Part shown: positions 1 through 10,250 of the stretch, in pieces
How positions within the stretch are numbered: the first letter of the stretch is position 1
How the letters are laid out: the number at the start of each line of letters is the position of its first letter
Assembly (NCBI GenBank): GCA_963715195.1
Contig: CAVQRT010000003.1
Coordinates: 1-64,000, forward strand
Length of the DNA stretch: 64,000 bases
Reading direction: 5' to 3'
From: Thermodesulfovibrionales bacterium
Lineage (GTDB): Bacteria; Nitrospirota; Thermodesulfovibrionia; Thermodesulfovibrionales; SM23-35
Notes under the pieces: generated by a model
Database searches by the model: none
Told to the model about the DNA's origin: nothing
Seen by the model: the letters and a program-made list of their open reading frames with translations, nothing else
Position numbers and translations under genes: made by a program

Positions 1-184
1 AAATGCAAGGATGATGGCATTTTTTGCTGGATCGTCGAAAAGAGATTGTTCAAATCGTTATCCCCTTCCCGCGCTCATATCGGCCAGATCGCAATATTAG
101 CTGCCCTTTGTTTCTATTTGTCATACACATCTTTATGGATGCTCAATGAGGTGTGAGAGATATGTCTCATTCTATCCCTTTATT

Positions 185-796
185 TTATGAGTCCGGCTGA
201 TGCCACTTTCTCATCATGCGCTTGATGAACGCTGTGATCAGCTGCTGTTCGCCATCGGTCCTCTCTGTCTTGGAATGGCCGGTCCAGATCAGTTTCTCAG
301 TCTTCACGTCGTAGAGGTTCGTTTCTATATATGCGACCGCAACGTCACCTGTATACCCGTAATCTGCAAAGACAACATTGTAATAACCCCACCAACCGTA
401 ATAATAATCCGGGACCACAAAAGGGACTACGGTAATCAGACCGGGGTTATAGGACTCGATCGTCTTGGTGTCAACGAGTCTCGAAATGAGAACAGTGTCG
501 GCGCCTGAGCTTCTTATCTTCGATTTGACCACTTCTTTATCACGCAATTGTTCCATGGGAACGATCGTATGACTCTGGAATGCGTCGTTCCCGCGTGCCG
601 TAAGCTCACCGGCAAACCGGTTTTCGAAAGGGTCTCTCATTTCCGGACTTTTCGCGACCATGATCACGACAATTTTCTGTGCTTTCCCCTCATACGCATT
701 GTCTTTCCAGACATCGGTTACACTAGTTGTGGCACATGAAGCCAAAAGGAATGTAGCACTTGTCAGAATCAAAATGATTAATTTCATGCTCTTCAT
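185..796 (-). CDS. Putative lipoprotein (DUF4136-like)
   Basis: Signal peptide with lipobox LASC; C-terminal 'IETNLYDVKTEKLIWTG' motif; GGAGG RBS upstream. Confidence 0.75.
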   Translation of the reverse strand: MKSMKLIILILTSATFLLASCATTSVTDVWKDNAYEGKAQKIVVIMVAKSPEMRDPFENRFAGELTARGNDAFQSHTIVPMEQLRDKEVVKSKIRSSGADTVLISRLVDTKTIESYNPGLITVVPFVVPDYYYGWWGYYNVVFADYGYTGDVAVAYIETNLYDVKTEKLIWTGHSKTERTDGEQQLITAFIKRMMRKWHQPDS

Positions 797-1016
797 TGCT
801 TTATAACCTCCGCAGTCGCATTTTCTCTCTTAACACTTTTTCACCCTCTTGCTGAATTGCCGAGAGCTCCGAACAAATACTTCCCCTCTCTTTACAATCC
901 TCCGAAGTAATGCTTCAGCATGTCTCCGCCATTCAGGGTCTTATAATTGAATACGCATTGATCAGTCGATCAACTGCAGGTTTTCGACTCACCTGCTCAT
1001 CCCTGAGGACTATTCT

Positions 1017-2111
1017 TCATCCCGAATCAATGTCCGTTGTTGACACTTCCAACTCCCCTTCAGACACCCATGCTTTTATTAGGACATATGCAACTGCCAG
1101 CACCACCGGACCAATGAAGAGCCCGACGATACCGAAGGCAAGGAGGCCCCCGATGACACCGGCAAAAATCAACAGCAGCGGCAAGTCCGCACCTTTTTTT
1201 ATCAGAACCGGACGGAGAAAATTGTCGAGAATGACCACCGGGATCGACCATGCAATCAGGACGCCCCCCCAGACGGGTTCACCTTTCCAGAATAGCCAGA
1301 CTATCGAAAGGATCAACACCACGGCGGGCCCGACTTGCGCGATGCATAACATAAACATCACCGCAGTCAGGATAGCCGCAGCCGGAACTCCTGTGACAGC
1401 AAGGCCTATGCCGCCCAGAACCGATTGGATGATTGCAGTGACGACAACCCCGAGTGCAACACCCCTGACTGCCTTTGACGCCAGCACGACTGTTTCGTCT
1501 CCTTTCTGTCCGGCCAGGCGGCGGGCAAAACTCCTGACGCCTCCCGCGGCTGCCTCGCCTTTAGCATAGAGAATCGCTGAGATGATAACGGTCAGAAGGA
1601 AGTGAAGGATCATCATGCCGATGCTGCCGGCCTTGGCAGCGAACCATCTCAGGGCCGACCTTGAATAGGGCGTCAGCCTCGCCGAAAGTTCTTCCGGTGT
1701 GAGAGCTGCATATTGTTGCCAGTACCCGGCAATCTTTTTTCCGACAAAAGGAATGTTCCCGATCCACTCAGGCATCGGGGGGACAGTGAATGAACCCAGG
1801 GACTTGACCCAGGCGACTATTTCATCCGCACTGTCAATGATGGCAATGATTGAAAGAAAAAATGGTATTACCAATAACAGAAGCAGTATGACCGTCATCA
1901 ACGCGACCGCAAGACCGCGTTTGTGCCAGAACCATGCCTGAAGTTTCAGCAGAAGCGGCCACGTGGCCACAACGATGATGGTTGCCCAAATAAATGAGGT
2001 GAGGAAAGGCTTCATGACCCAGAAGCTTGCTGCGATGAGCGCGCCAATGAAAAGAACTGCCAGGGTTATGCGGGTAACATCCCGGGAAACAGATACATTC
2101 TTATTCGTCAT
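1017..2111 (-). CDS. ydiK: AI-2E family transporter (YdiK-like)
   Basis: 364-aa polytopic membrane protein with 'DNFLRPVLIKKGADLPLLLIFAGVIGGLLAFG..GLFIGPV' motif. Confidence 0.85.
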   Translation of the reverse strand: MTNKNVSVSRDVTRITLAVLFIGALIAASFWVMKPFLTSFIWATIIVVATWPLLLKLQAWFWHKRGLAVALMTVILLLLLVIPFFLSIIAIIDSADEIVAWVKSLGSFTVPPMPEWIGNIPFVGKKIAGYWQQYAALTPEELSARLTPYSRSALRWFAAKAGSIGMMILHFLLTVIISAILYAKGEAAAGGVRSFARRLAGQKGDETVVLASKAVRGVALGVVVTAIIQSVLGGIGLAVTGVPAAAILTAVMFMLCIAQVGPAVVLILSIVWLFWKGEPVWGGVLIAWSIPVVILDNFLRPVLIKKGADLPLLLIFAGVIGGLLAFGIVGLFIGPVVLAVAYVLIKAWVSEGELEVSTTDIDSG

Positions 2112-2203
2112 TGGTTTCTCCCCCTCGCTTTATCAACTACAAACATGGAACTGAACGGAGTATACGTGAGTAATTATCATTTCAAATTGGAGCACGCGAA
2201 GCA

Positions 2204-3224
2204 TTATAACGGTTTCTTCGCATCTTCAACCTTTTCCCATGTTTTGTCGGGATCGAATTTCTTCATCGCCTTTGCAGTCTCTTCTGTATTTAGTCCAAGG
2301 TCTTTCTGATAAACCACGCCGTCATGGTTTACAATGAAGGTCATAACACCGGAGTTCCCGTACTTTGCAGGCCAGGCAACAACAGCAAACCCGCCGATCA
2401 TATTGCCGTTAATGATGTAATCGTAAGCACCACCCGGTGCATTTTTATCCTGCGCTCTTCAGGATCTTATAATAGTAGCCATGGTAAGGCACCGGGTTTC
2501 CCTTCGAGCCTTTTTTAGAATATCCCTCGGCCTTTGCCTTAACCAATAGTTCGCCGAGCGGACTGGGATTCTCTCCTTCCTTTGTTGCCCAGTAAAGTCC
2601 GTTCTGTTTGCCGGGGTCACTGGCAAATTTCTCCGCATATTCCCGAAGTCCGTCTCCGTCGTGGTCCATCATCGCGTATTCCCTCTGTGCATCGACAACG
2701 GCGAGGACTGCCTGGATAGTGAATAGCTCATTCATACCGATCCGGCGGTTCAGAACCTCTTCTGTGCCTTTCTTTGTGTCAAAAAACCATGTTTCACCTT
2801 TTTTTGTAATAGGGATGGGGAAAGGCCATTCCTTCTTGCCGATTACAAGGATCATGCTGTCACCTTCGGGTACCAGTTTGTTCTGCTCATCGTAGTCAGC
2901 AAGGAATTTCTCACGCCTTTGTTTGTCTGCCACTGGGTCCCCTGAGAAGATCAAATCTTTCCCGTCAGGCCCGAAGATTGCCAAAAGCTCTTTATCGTCG
3001 TTATTTCTTCCAGCTGCCAAGAGTGCTTTCACCGCTTCCTCGGCAGAAGCGAATGTCTTCTGCTTTTCTGCTGCGAATGAAGCACCAGCATGGGTCAAGA
3101 TGATCACTACGGCAACGGCAATCACAAAGATGCCTATCGATAAGGTCTTTCTATAATGCATTCCCGGAAGTATCATTCCTTCCTCCCTGAAGAAGTTATT
3201 TGTTGTTAAATCCGATGTTGGCAT
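2204..3224 (-). pseudogene. DUF2950 family protein, copy 2, split by a +1 frameshift near 2455 (real or assembly error)
   Basis: ORFs 2445-3224 and 2204-2401 join as ...YHGYYYKILK/AQDKNAPGGAYDY...MIGGFAVVAWPAKYGNSGVMTF, collinear with the paralog at 3513-4475; alternative start at 3176. Confidence 0.8.
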
Positions 3225-3226
3225 GT

Positions 3227-3330
3227 CTACCTCCTTCCACCGCCGCGACCGCCGCCACCGCGACTGCCACCACCGAAGCCGCCGCCACCGGACATGCTTT
3301 GGCGGCTGGAACTTCCACGGCTGCTGAACA
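3227..3330 (-). pseudogene. 3' remnant of a DUF3300-type gene (Gly/Arg-rich tail)
   Basis: Reads FSSRGSSSRQSMSGGGGFGGGSRGGGGRGGGRR-stop, resembling the tail of 4557-5920; sits directly before DUF2950 copy 2. Confidence 0.65.
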
Positions 3331-3512
3331 CAAAAAGCTGACCACTCGTTACCACCCCGCAGCGGTTTAGTTCTACTTCATCTAATTAACACATCTGATA
3401 GTATTGATTAAGTGAGAATTACTTTCGGGAATCCGCACCTAACGACAAATTAAAAGCTGACAGTTTTACCCAATGCAATAAACAACACGGTACCTCATAT
3501 CCTTATTGAATG

Positions 3513-4475
3513 TTACTCTTTCGTTATATCTTTAACCTTCCTCCAGGTCTTGTCAGGGTTAAACTTCTTCATGATCTTTGCTATATTCACTGTATCCTTG
3601 CCAAGGTTTTTTTCATAAATAATCCCTTCTTGATTTACTAGAAAGGTCATGATACCCGAGTTGCCATATTGAGCGGGATAAGCAACGAGTCCATATCCTA
3701 AGATCATCTTTCCTTTGACTACGTAATCGTATGCACCGCCCGTAGCGTATTTCCCTTGTCCCCCGAGTATCCTGTAATAATAACCGTGAAAAGGTGAAAG
3801 GTTAGTGTATCCTTCGCTTGACGCCTGAGCAAAAAAAGGACCGAGAGGGCTCATTTCCTCATTTTCTTGTGTCTCCCAGTAGAGTCCATCGTGTTTGCCT
3901 TCAGTGCTGATAATTTTTGAGGCGAACTGTAATACCCCGTCACCATTTCGATCCTTGCTTGCGTATTCACACTGTGCATCGATATAGGCATGAAGAACCT
4001 CCATGACATTCAACTCGTTTCTGCCTATCCTCCGGTTCAGTATCTCTTCTTTGGCCGCCTTTGTGTCGAAAAGCCATCTCTTGTCTTTCTCCACAATCGG
4101 AATTGGTAAAGACCAATCATCTTTTCCTATATGAAGAATTATCTTGTTGGCAGATGCTTTCTGGAGTTTGTTCATCTCGTCATAGGCTTTGATGAACTTT
4201 TCACGTCCTGCCTTATCTGCGACTTCATCACCGGAAGATATCAATTCCATGCCCTCGGACCCCAAAATGGCCAGAAGTTCTTGTTTATCATCTGCCTTGA
4301 CTGCGGTAGCAAGGGCGTTCACAGTTTCTTCAGGTGAAGCAAAACTCTTCTGCTTTATGCTTGTGGCAAGCAAAGGTGCATAGGTTCCGCTCAGAAATAT
4401 GACAACCGTTATAATGCCGATCAGTAAAGCGGGACAAAGTGAACCGCTTTTTTTATCACATCGCAATGAATTCAT
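3513..4475 (-). CDS. DUF2950 family protein
   Basis: Motifs 'EEILNRRIGRNEL', 'HDGLYW', 'PFHGYYYRIL', 'AYPAQYGNSGIMTF'; N-terminal signal. Confidence 0.85.
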   Translation of the reverse strand: MNSLRCDKKSGSLCPALLIGIITVVIFLSGTYAPLLATSIKQKSFASPEETVNALATAVKADDKQELLAILGSEGMELISSGDEVADKAGREKFIKAYDEMNKLQKASANKIILHIGKDDWSLPIPIVEKDKRWLFDTKAAKEEILNRRIGRNELNVMEVLHAYIDAQCEYASKDRNGDGVLQFASKIISTEGKHDGLYWETQENEEMSPLGPFFAQASSEGYTNLSPFHGYYYRILGGQGKYATGGAYDYVVKGKMILGYGLVAYPAQYGNSGIMTFLVNQEGIIYEKNLGKDTVNIAKIMKKFNPDKTWRKVKDITKE

Positions 4476-4556
4476 CCTTTTCCTCCCTTAAGCATCTATA
4501 ATCTGTTTTTCTCCTCTAATAAAACATGCCGAAATCATGAACGCGGTTACGGTAAT

Positions 4557-5920
4557 CTACCTCCGAAATCCACCGCCATGCCCGCCGCTTCGGGATCCGC
4601 CACTTTGTCCACCTCTCTGGAAACCTCCACTCTGCCTACTTGAGCCACCACGTTCGCTTGCCCTGCGCTCAAAATTCCCATTACCAATACCGTCGAAGGC
4701 ATTGCTCCTGGTTGAAGGTCTTTGTACTGTTGAAGGTCTTTGTACTGTTGAAGGTCTTTGTACTGTTGAAGGTCTTTGTACTGTTGAAGGTCTTTGTACT
4801 GTTGAAGGTCTTTGTACTGTTGAAGGTCTTTGTACTGTTGAAGGTCTTTGTACTGTTGAAGGTCTTTGTACTGTTGAAGGTCTTTGTACTGTTGAAGGTC
4901 TTTGTACTGTTGAAGGTCTTTGTACTGTTGAAGGTCTCTGTACTGTTGAAGGTCTCTGTACTGTTGAAGGTCTTTGTACCGTTGAAGGTTGGATTCTTCC
5001 ACCGATGTAACCACGGGCCTCTGGACTTGTCCTGAATGAGCGTGAAGATGGCACCTTAAACCGCTGACTCGTTGCCCGATCTCTATAAGCGACCCCCCTT
5101 CTATGATTTGGTTCGTGCCCCCAAACATGTCTGTCAAAATCCCTGCTGCCTCTATCGAACCTGTTGAAATGTCTTGTCTTGTTTATGTCTACATAAATGT
5201 GGTGATGATGCCAGTCCCACCAGCTCCATGAGGATATGCCAATACCAACAAAAATACCAAGACCAAAACCGATAATTCCGGTGGCTATAACCGGACCGGG
5301 AGGATTATACCAATAATAAGGAGGATAGTCTGGATACCACCAGGGCCCATATACATAGAGCGGATCATATACTGGTACATAAATAACCTGCGGGTCCGCT
5401 GGTTCAATGGTGATAACGTCCTTGTCAACGATGACTTGCTGTTCTTTTGTTGTCCCAAGATTTCCCTGTTCCTGGGCTTTCCTGCGCAATTCCTGTAGGG
5501 TATCCATAACGTCATCCTGTTGACTCAGAAAAGCGTCTCCCAGCCTTGTCGTCCGCTCAAGATTATCGCTCATTGTATAGAGGACATCGGGGAAGTGACA
5601 GAGTGATTTCACGCTTGAATCCCACGTCTTCTCCTGCAGTGCGCTGTCAAGTTCATCACCTTTAAGAGTTTTGTTCTGGTTCAGCCATCGTTCAGCCTCG
5701 ACCACTTCAATTGGATAGGTAGAAGCCATGAGTATATCGGCTATAAGTGAATCAGGATATAAGGCGATCGGCGCAAGCATCTGTGCCAACTCTTCTTCAT
5801 TGAACTGTGCGGACTGTACCGTCCTTGTCCCGACTCCTGAGCCATGATTCCGGGTGGTATCACAAGCATGATCATTATCACCCATAACAACCCATGTGTG
5901 AATATTTTTGTAACCTTCAT
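4557..5920 (-). CDS. DUF3300 domain protein with (STVQRP)n repeat tail; apparent frameshift near 5825 separates the signal peptide
   Basis: 'ELAQMLAPIALYPDSL..ILMASTYP' DUF3300 motif in ORF 4557-5885; ATG at 5920 with AGGAGG RBS encodes signal peptide MKVTKIFTHGLLWVIMIMLVIPPGIMAQ in another frame. Confidence 0.8.
4711..4988. repeat. 18-bp coding tandem repeat (GTTGAAGGTCTTTGTACT) x15 plus partial
   Basis: Units start every 18 bp from 4711 to 4981; three units carry single synonymous variants; no spacers. Confidence 0.97.
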
Positions 5921-6159
5921 AGTACCTCCTTTTTAAAATACCTCTCGGGAGATATTAAAGCTTTATCAGAACACAAGACATCTTTAAAGATCAGATTGAA
6001 CAGCTTCAATATTCTTCAAATCTATGGACATTACCTTTATATCATTAAAGCTATGCATATTCTCAAAACCGAGTTCCGTACAGAATGCTATGGATGCATG
6101 GTTATCTTCTTTGACTCTGACTATTATTTTTTCTATCACGTGACATCTCTTGAGAGCTT

Positions 6160-6915
6160 GTGCAAGGATATTCGTCAGTTGATTCAGCAGCGTTGTAGGA
6201 TCAAGATGCCTATACGGACGGTTGGTGAATATCTGAAGCGATGGGGCTTCACCATCAGAAAACCTGTCAAGAGGGCATATGAACAGAACCCCAAAGAGGT
6301 TAACCAATGGCTTCAGGAGCACTATCCTGTAATCGCAGCGCAAGCAAAGAAGGAGAAGGCTGAGCTTTACTGGGGTGATGAGACAGGGCTCCAGACGGCT
6401 GCTCATCAGGCCCGGGGATTTGCCCCCAAGGGAAAGAGACCCATCCTCAGAATAAGCGCCAGGAAGAGCAGTATCAGTATGGTATCTGCAATCAACAATG
6501 AAGGGCAAATGCGCTTCATGCTGTATAAAAAGGGCATGACTGCGAAGCTGCTCATCAAATTCATAGGACGGCTCATCAGGGATGCCAAAAGAAAGGTTTA
6601 TCTTATCCTCGACAATCTTCGACCGCACCATAGTAAAGAGGTAAAAGAATGGGTGCAGAAGCATCAGGAAGAGATAGCGCTGTACTATTTGCCGTCGTAT
6701 TCTCCTGAGTTGAATCCGGACGAGTATCTGAATAATGATCTCAAGGGGCGGGTACATGCCGGGGTGCCCTCTCGTTCGGAACAGGAACTTCGTACAAGGG
6801 TACTCTCGCATATGAGAAGCATTGCCAAGAGGCCATATCATGTTAAGAAATTCTTCGAGCATCCGTCGGTTGCTTATGCTGCATAATTTTCATGTTTTTA
6901 GTTGCCGGAGTATTA
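6160..6915 (+). mobile_element. IS630 family element, 5'-truncated transposase
   Basis: DDE motifs WGDETG, LILDNLRPH, LPSYSPELNPDE; stop at 6886 followed by an IS630-like end (...GTTGCCGGAGTATTA); N-terminal HTH region and left end not visible. Confidence 0.85.
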
Positions 6916-7376
6916 AGTTTCGAGAGTTTTCCTCTATTTTTTATTCTTCTTTTCTTGATACTCATATGCCTCTCTGCAACTCTTTTGCAGTGCGTGATAT
7001 CCTTCCTGCAGAAATCGAAAATCTGTATGAAAAGATCTGTTCTTTCTTCTATTATGAATTTGAGCCGGTACCAACAAGAAACCGCGTTGATTGAAGACCT
7101 TTGCCCCCTTATGATTCTTTCTTGCGAAATCGTTCTTATGAACCTGTCCAGCAACACCCTGTCTGCTCTCTGATAGATAAGGAGTTGAGGGTCGCTGATC
7201 CTCTGGAGTACAGGCCATTGGCAGCTCTCCTCAAGTCTTAGAAGCTCCGGCCATGACCGTCTGCCCGAGAGTCGCAGGATGATCGATTTTCTTACAGAGT
7301 AGTAGAACTTTTTGAGATCTCTTCCAGTGAAATCAGTACCTGTGAAAATGTCTGAAAATTCCCTAAACCTTATCAT
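6843..7376 (-). CDS. Hypothetical protein; C-terminal ~24 aa read into the IS630 right end
   Basis: 177-aa ORF with plausible RBS; no recognised motif. Confidence 0.35.
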   Translation of the reverse strand: MIRFREFSDIFTGTDFTGRDLKKFYYSVRKSIILRLSGRRSWPELLRLEESCQWPVLQRISDPQLLIYQRADRVLLDRFIRTISQERIIRGQRSSINAVSCWYRLKFIIEERTDLFIQIFDFCRKDITHCKRVAERHMSIKKRRIKNRGKLSKLNTPATKNMKIMQHKQPTDARRIS

Positions 7377-7501
7377 ACCCTTATATCCTCACATGTCTCG
7401 TGCAATGCTTGTCAAATATTATTTTGAGTAAATCCGTGCGTATGAGTCATACCGTACTTTGGCCTTTTGTTCTTTGCGTTCTTCGTGTGGTGGGATATTA
7501 G

Positions 7502-7535
7502 AAAACCAGACCCTGATTTCCCAGGGCCTGGTTTT
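7502..7535 (-). terminator. Putative intrinsic terminator after cspA
   Basis: Inverted repeat AAAACCAGACCCTG-n6-CAGGGCCTGGTTTT. Confidence 0.65.
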
Positions 7536-7540
7536 AGGCT

Positions 7541-7744
7541 TTATAGCCTTACGATGTTTGATGCCTTTGGACCTTTGTCGCCTTCGACAATGTCAAAGCT
7601 TACCGAATTGCCTTCTGCTAAGGTCTTAAATCCTTGTTGGGACTCAATCGCTGAGTAGTGAGCAAAAACATCTGGACCGTCTTCCGGGGTGATGAAGCCG
7701 TAACCCTTGGACTCATTGAACCACTTTACTGTTCCTTGTGCCAT
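7541..7744 (-). CDS. cspA: Cold-shock protein
   Basis: [15 protein letters not shown] (RNP1) and DVFAHYSAI (RNP2); strong RBS. Confidence 0.95.
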   Translation of the reverse strand: MAQGTVKWFNESKGYGFITPEDGPDVFAHYSAIESQQGFKTLAEGNSVSFDIVEGDKGPKASNIVRL

Positions 7745-7863
7745 AGTGACATACCTCCTTTTTAAATATTTGAAGTGTTAAGGAAGTAATGTCATAAGAA
7801 AACCGCAAAGCGGGAAATATTGAGGTTATAAGTACAACAAGTGCTCCATTAAGCTTCTGCTAA

Positions 7864-7892
7864 AGCATAACAGTTCCATCAGGTATTGTCAA
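7864..7892 (-). promoter_or_regulatory. Sigma70-type promoter for cspA (long 5' UTR)
   Basis: TTGACA-17 bp-TATGCT on the minus strand ~120 bp upstream of the ATG. Confidence 0.65.
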
Positions 7893-8104
7893 TCGTTCAT
7901 TGATTTTGAAGTTTCCTGAGTTTTTCCTGCGAGAATCGCCTAACCTTTTGAAGTAAAAATAAAATAGAAGAAAGGCATCTGGACCGGTATCATTTTTTCT
8001 TAGAAGAGAGATTCCTGAGTTTTAAATCCTCTATCATAAGGAAAGCCTTATCTATTAAGGATATGGATGAAAATTAACGTTTTTATCTGCGGCTGAGCGA
8101 TTTT

Positions 8105-9202
8105 TTAATACCGCAGGAGTGCTGCTATCTGTCCTGCATCTGTCAGGCCCTGAATAGGATCAGAAAAGTCCACATCAGCCCCTGTGAGTTCAAGCATCTC
8201 AATTATTTCATTAACTACACCAACTTTATAAAGTGATTTAGAACCACAAGCTGAACATATCTCGGCTTTTCCAGAATGGAGATTATTGCACTCATAGCAA
8301 CGATTGCCTTCTGGTCTGAATGTGCGGTCAACAATTATCTTTTCCACCCTTCCTTCTTTTGCAGCATCTAACACCTCATCGAGACCAACAGCAGCTAATC
8401 CTCCTTTAAAATACTCGGCTTGGATTCTCTCCCAAAGTTCCTTCTCTGATTTGCGTTCCTGTTCAAAGAATAACTCCATAATATCTTTATGAATTTCACC
8501 CTCTTCTCTCCCTAAATATAGAGTTTTTTCGACTACTTTTTTCTGTAATTCCTGAGGGAGAGATTCATTCACATTTTGCAATATTTCCTTACTCCCCACA
8601 AGCAAGATACGTTCGAACTCATCTTCTCGTTCAAGCTTTAAAATGGCCTCAACAATTTCATTGGCATATAAGTGCAATTGTTTGTCCCGCCGACGCTCAT
8701 AGCGCTGCTGTGACCATCCTCCTTTCTTGACGTGATTCTTCACATTGCCCTTGATTACCTCTTCAGAACCTGCCACTGCTGATGAGACAAGGAAAATCCG
8801 CGCCTTTTTATTATCTGCGACAACAACAGCTATATTCTCGTACTCATCTTGTAGCTCTGCAAGTGGCCTAATATATGGAGAGGAATTAATCCATACGAGA
8901 TCTTTTACAGGTGCTGTCAGTGGTATAACTTTGAAGAAATTGAGAGCCCAGCAAGAAAAGATGCAAACTGATCCAGACTCTAAAGGGTTTTGCCCAAGAT
9001 AGCTCATTACCGCACTAACATTTTCATCAAAATGTTCTCTTTCATCTTTTTCTATACCACTACCCTGGAACATATTACGGACTTTATGTAATCTTTTCTC
9101 GAGATTTACCATGGAATGCCTACCAGCGATATAAAGACTCAAAAAAGCTCTTTCCGGTGCTTTCATATCGGCAAGTTCTCTCAAATCAATATCTGCGAAC
9201 AT
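8105..9202 (-). CDS. Bacterial aeRF1/eRF1-like release factor homolog (baeRF10-like)
   Basis: 'KKGGWSQQRYERR' catalytic-loop motif, eRF1 domain-3-like C-terminus with CxxC...CxxC ribbon. Confidence 0.75.
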   Translation of the reverse strand: MFADIDLRELADMKAPERAFLSLYIAGRHSMVNLEKRLHKVRNMFQGSGIEKDEREHFDENVSAVMSYLGQNPLESGSVCIFSCWALNFFKVIPLTAPVKDLVWINSSPYIRPLAELQDEYENIAVVVADNKKARIFLVSSAVAGSEEVIKGNVKNHVKKGGWSQQRYERRRDKQLHLYANEIVEAILKLEREDEFERILLVGSKEILQNVNESLPQELQKKVVEKTLYLGREEGEIHKDIMELFFEQERKSEKELWERIQAEYFKGGLAAVGLDEVLDAAKEGRVEKIIVDRTFRPEGNRCYECNNLHSGKAEICSACGSKSLYKVGVVNEIIEMLELTGADVDFSDPIQGLTDAGQIAALLRY

Positions 9203-9465
9203 AGCATCTCCTTAAATGATTACTATTAGAGTTAAGGCACTAAACACTTCAAGTATCGCTCATTAGTAATCATACCGATTATGCAAGTTCAAAATGGGAT
9301 ATGAGAAATCATATCAGTCAGGCATACCAATACGAACCCCTGCTAACCGCACATAGCATTTAACTCCTGGTCGCCTGTTCGTACTTTTGCCTCTGATTTG
9401 TCCCAAGCTTTGCTAATATAATAGAATGAGACGAAAAATAAAGTTAACTTTCCCTGTCTTAAACC

Positions 9466-9954
9466 ATGAATAGAAATAAGATATGTCCTGATTGCGAAAT
9501 TGAGTATCTGCCGCATATAGAGAAATGCGCTGATTGCGGTGCGGTGCTCCTTCTCCACGAGGAGCATAGACAGGCACAGGAGGAAAAGAAGCGGCTGATG
9601 GCGAAGGCTATTGAAAACGCAGCCGTCGTCAGGGAAGGCGATCTGAATTGGTTAGGTAAACTGTACAACGTTCTCATCGATGCCGGTATTCCCTGCACGG
9701 TCATTTCCGACGCAGGCTGCAACAAAGGCTGTTGCGGCAATAAATGCCAGTTAATCGTATCTGCAGAGGACCTTGAAAGGGCACAGGAACGCGTTGCGGA
9801 ATACTACATGGAAATCCATCCGGAGCTCCGGGCTTCCAACGAACTTATTAGCCAGGGTAAGTGCCCGGCCTGTGGTTCTCCCGTGCGAACCGGTGACAAT
9901 GAGTGCTCCGATTGCGGCCTGACACTCGTGATTATTGAGGAAGAGAACCAGTAA
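9466..9954 (+). CDS. Zinc-ribbon-containing hypothetical protein (DUF2007-like core)
   Basis: N- and C-terminal paired CxxC motifs and central GCNKGCC. Confidence 0.75.
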   Translation: MNRNKICPDCEIEYLPHIEKCADCGAVLLLHEEHRQAQEEKKRLMAKAIENAAVVREGDLNWLGKLYNVLIDAGIPCTVISDAGCNKGCCGNKCQLIVSAEDLERAQERVAEYYMEIHPELRASNELISQGKCPACGSPVRTGDNECSDCGLTLVIIEEENQ

Positions 9955-10250
9955 GAAGAAGGCGGCAGTGGCAGACTTGATTATCGATACTGATTATGTC
10001 TTCGCAGCAATTAAAAACCAAGGACATACCCAGGCGGTGAATAGATATCGAGTATTCAAAGGGAGTCTTTTTTTTGCAGTAGGAACAAGATTCGCATTTG
10101 TACCTTTGTTACAATTTCTCCTGTATTCCACATGATAATCAGAGTAATCGACAGCATTTACTGTGAGAATTAATACCGGATGAAATATGCCTTTAAGAAA
10201 AATTGAATGGCAACATATCAATAAATATTTTCTATACTTCAATAGAACCA

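Noticed and set aside
4711..4988. Possible CRISPR array; alternative-frame ORFs (YKDLQQ)n, (LLKVFV)n, (TVEGLC)n
   Set aside because: No spacers and no cas genes; the repeat lies in frame in the DUF3300 gene and other frames are open only because the unit lacks stops
5894..6160. N-terminal ~90 aa of the ORF-track transposase
   Set aside because: AT-rich sequence overlapping the DUF3300 start region with no transposase-like character; incidental open frame
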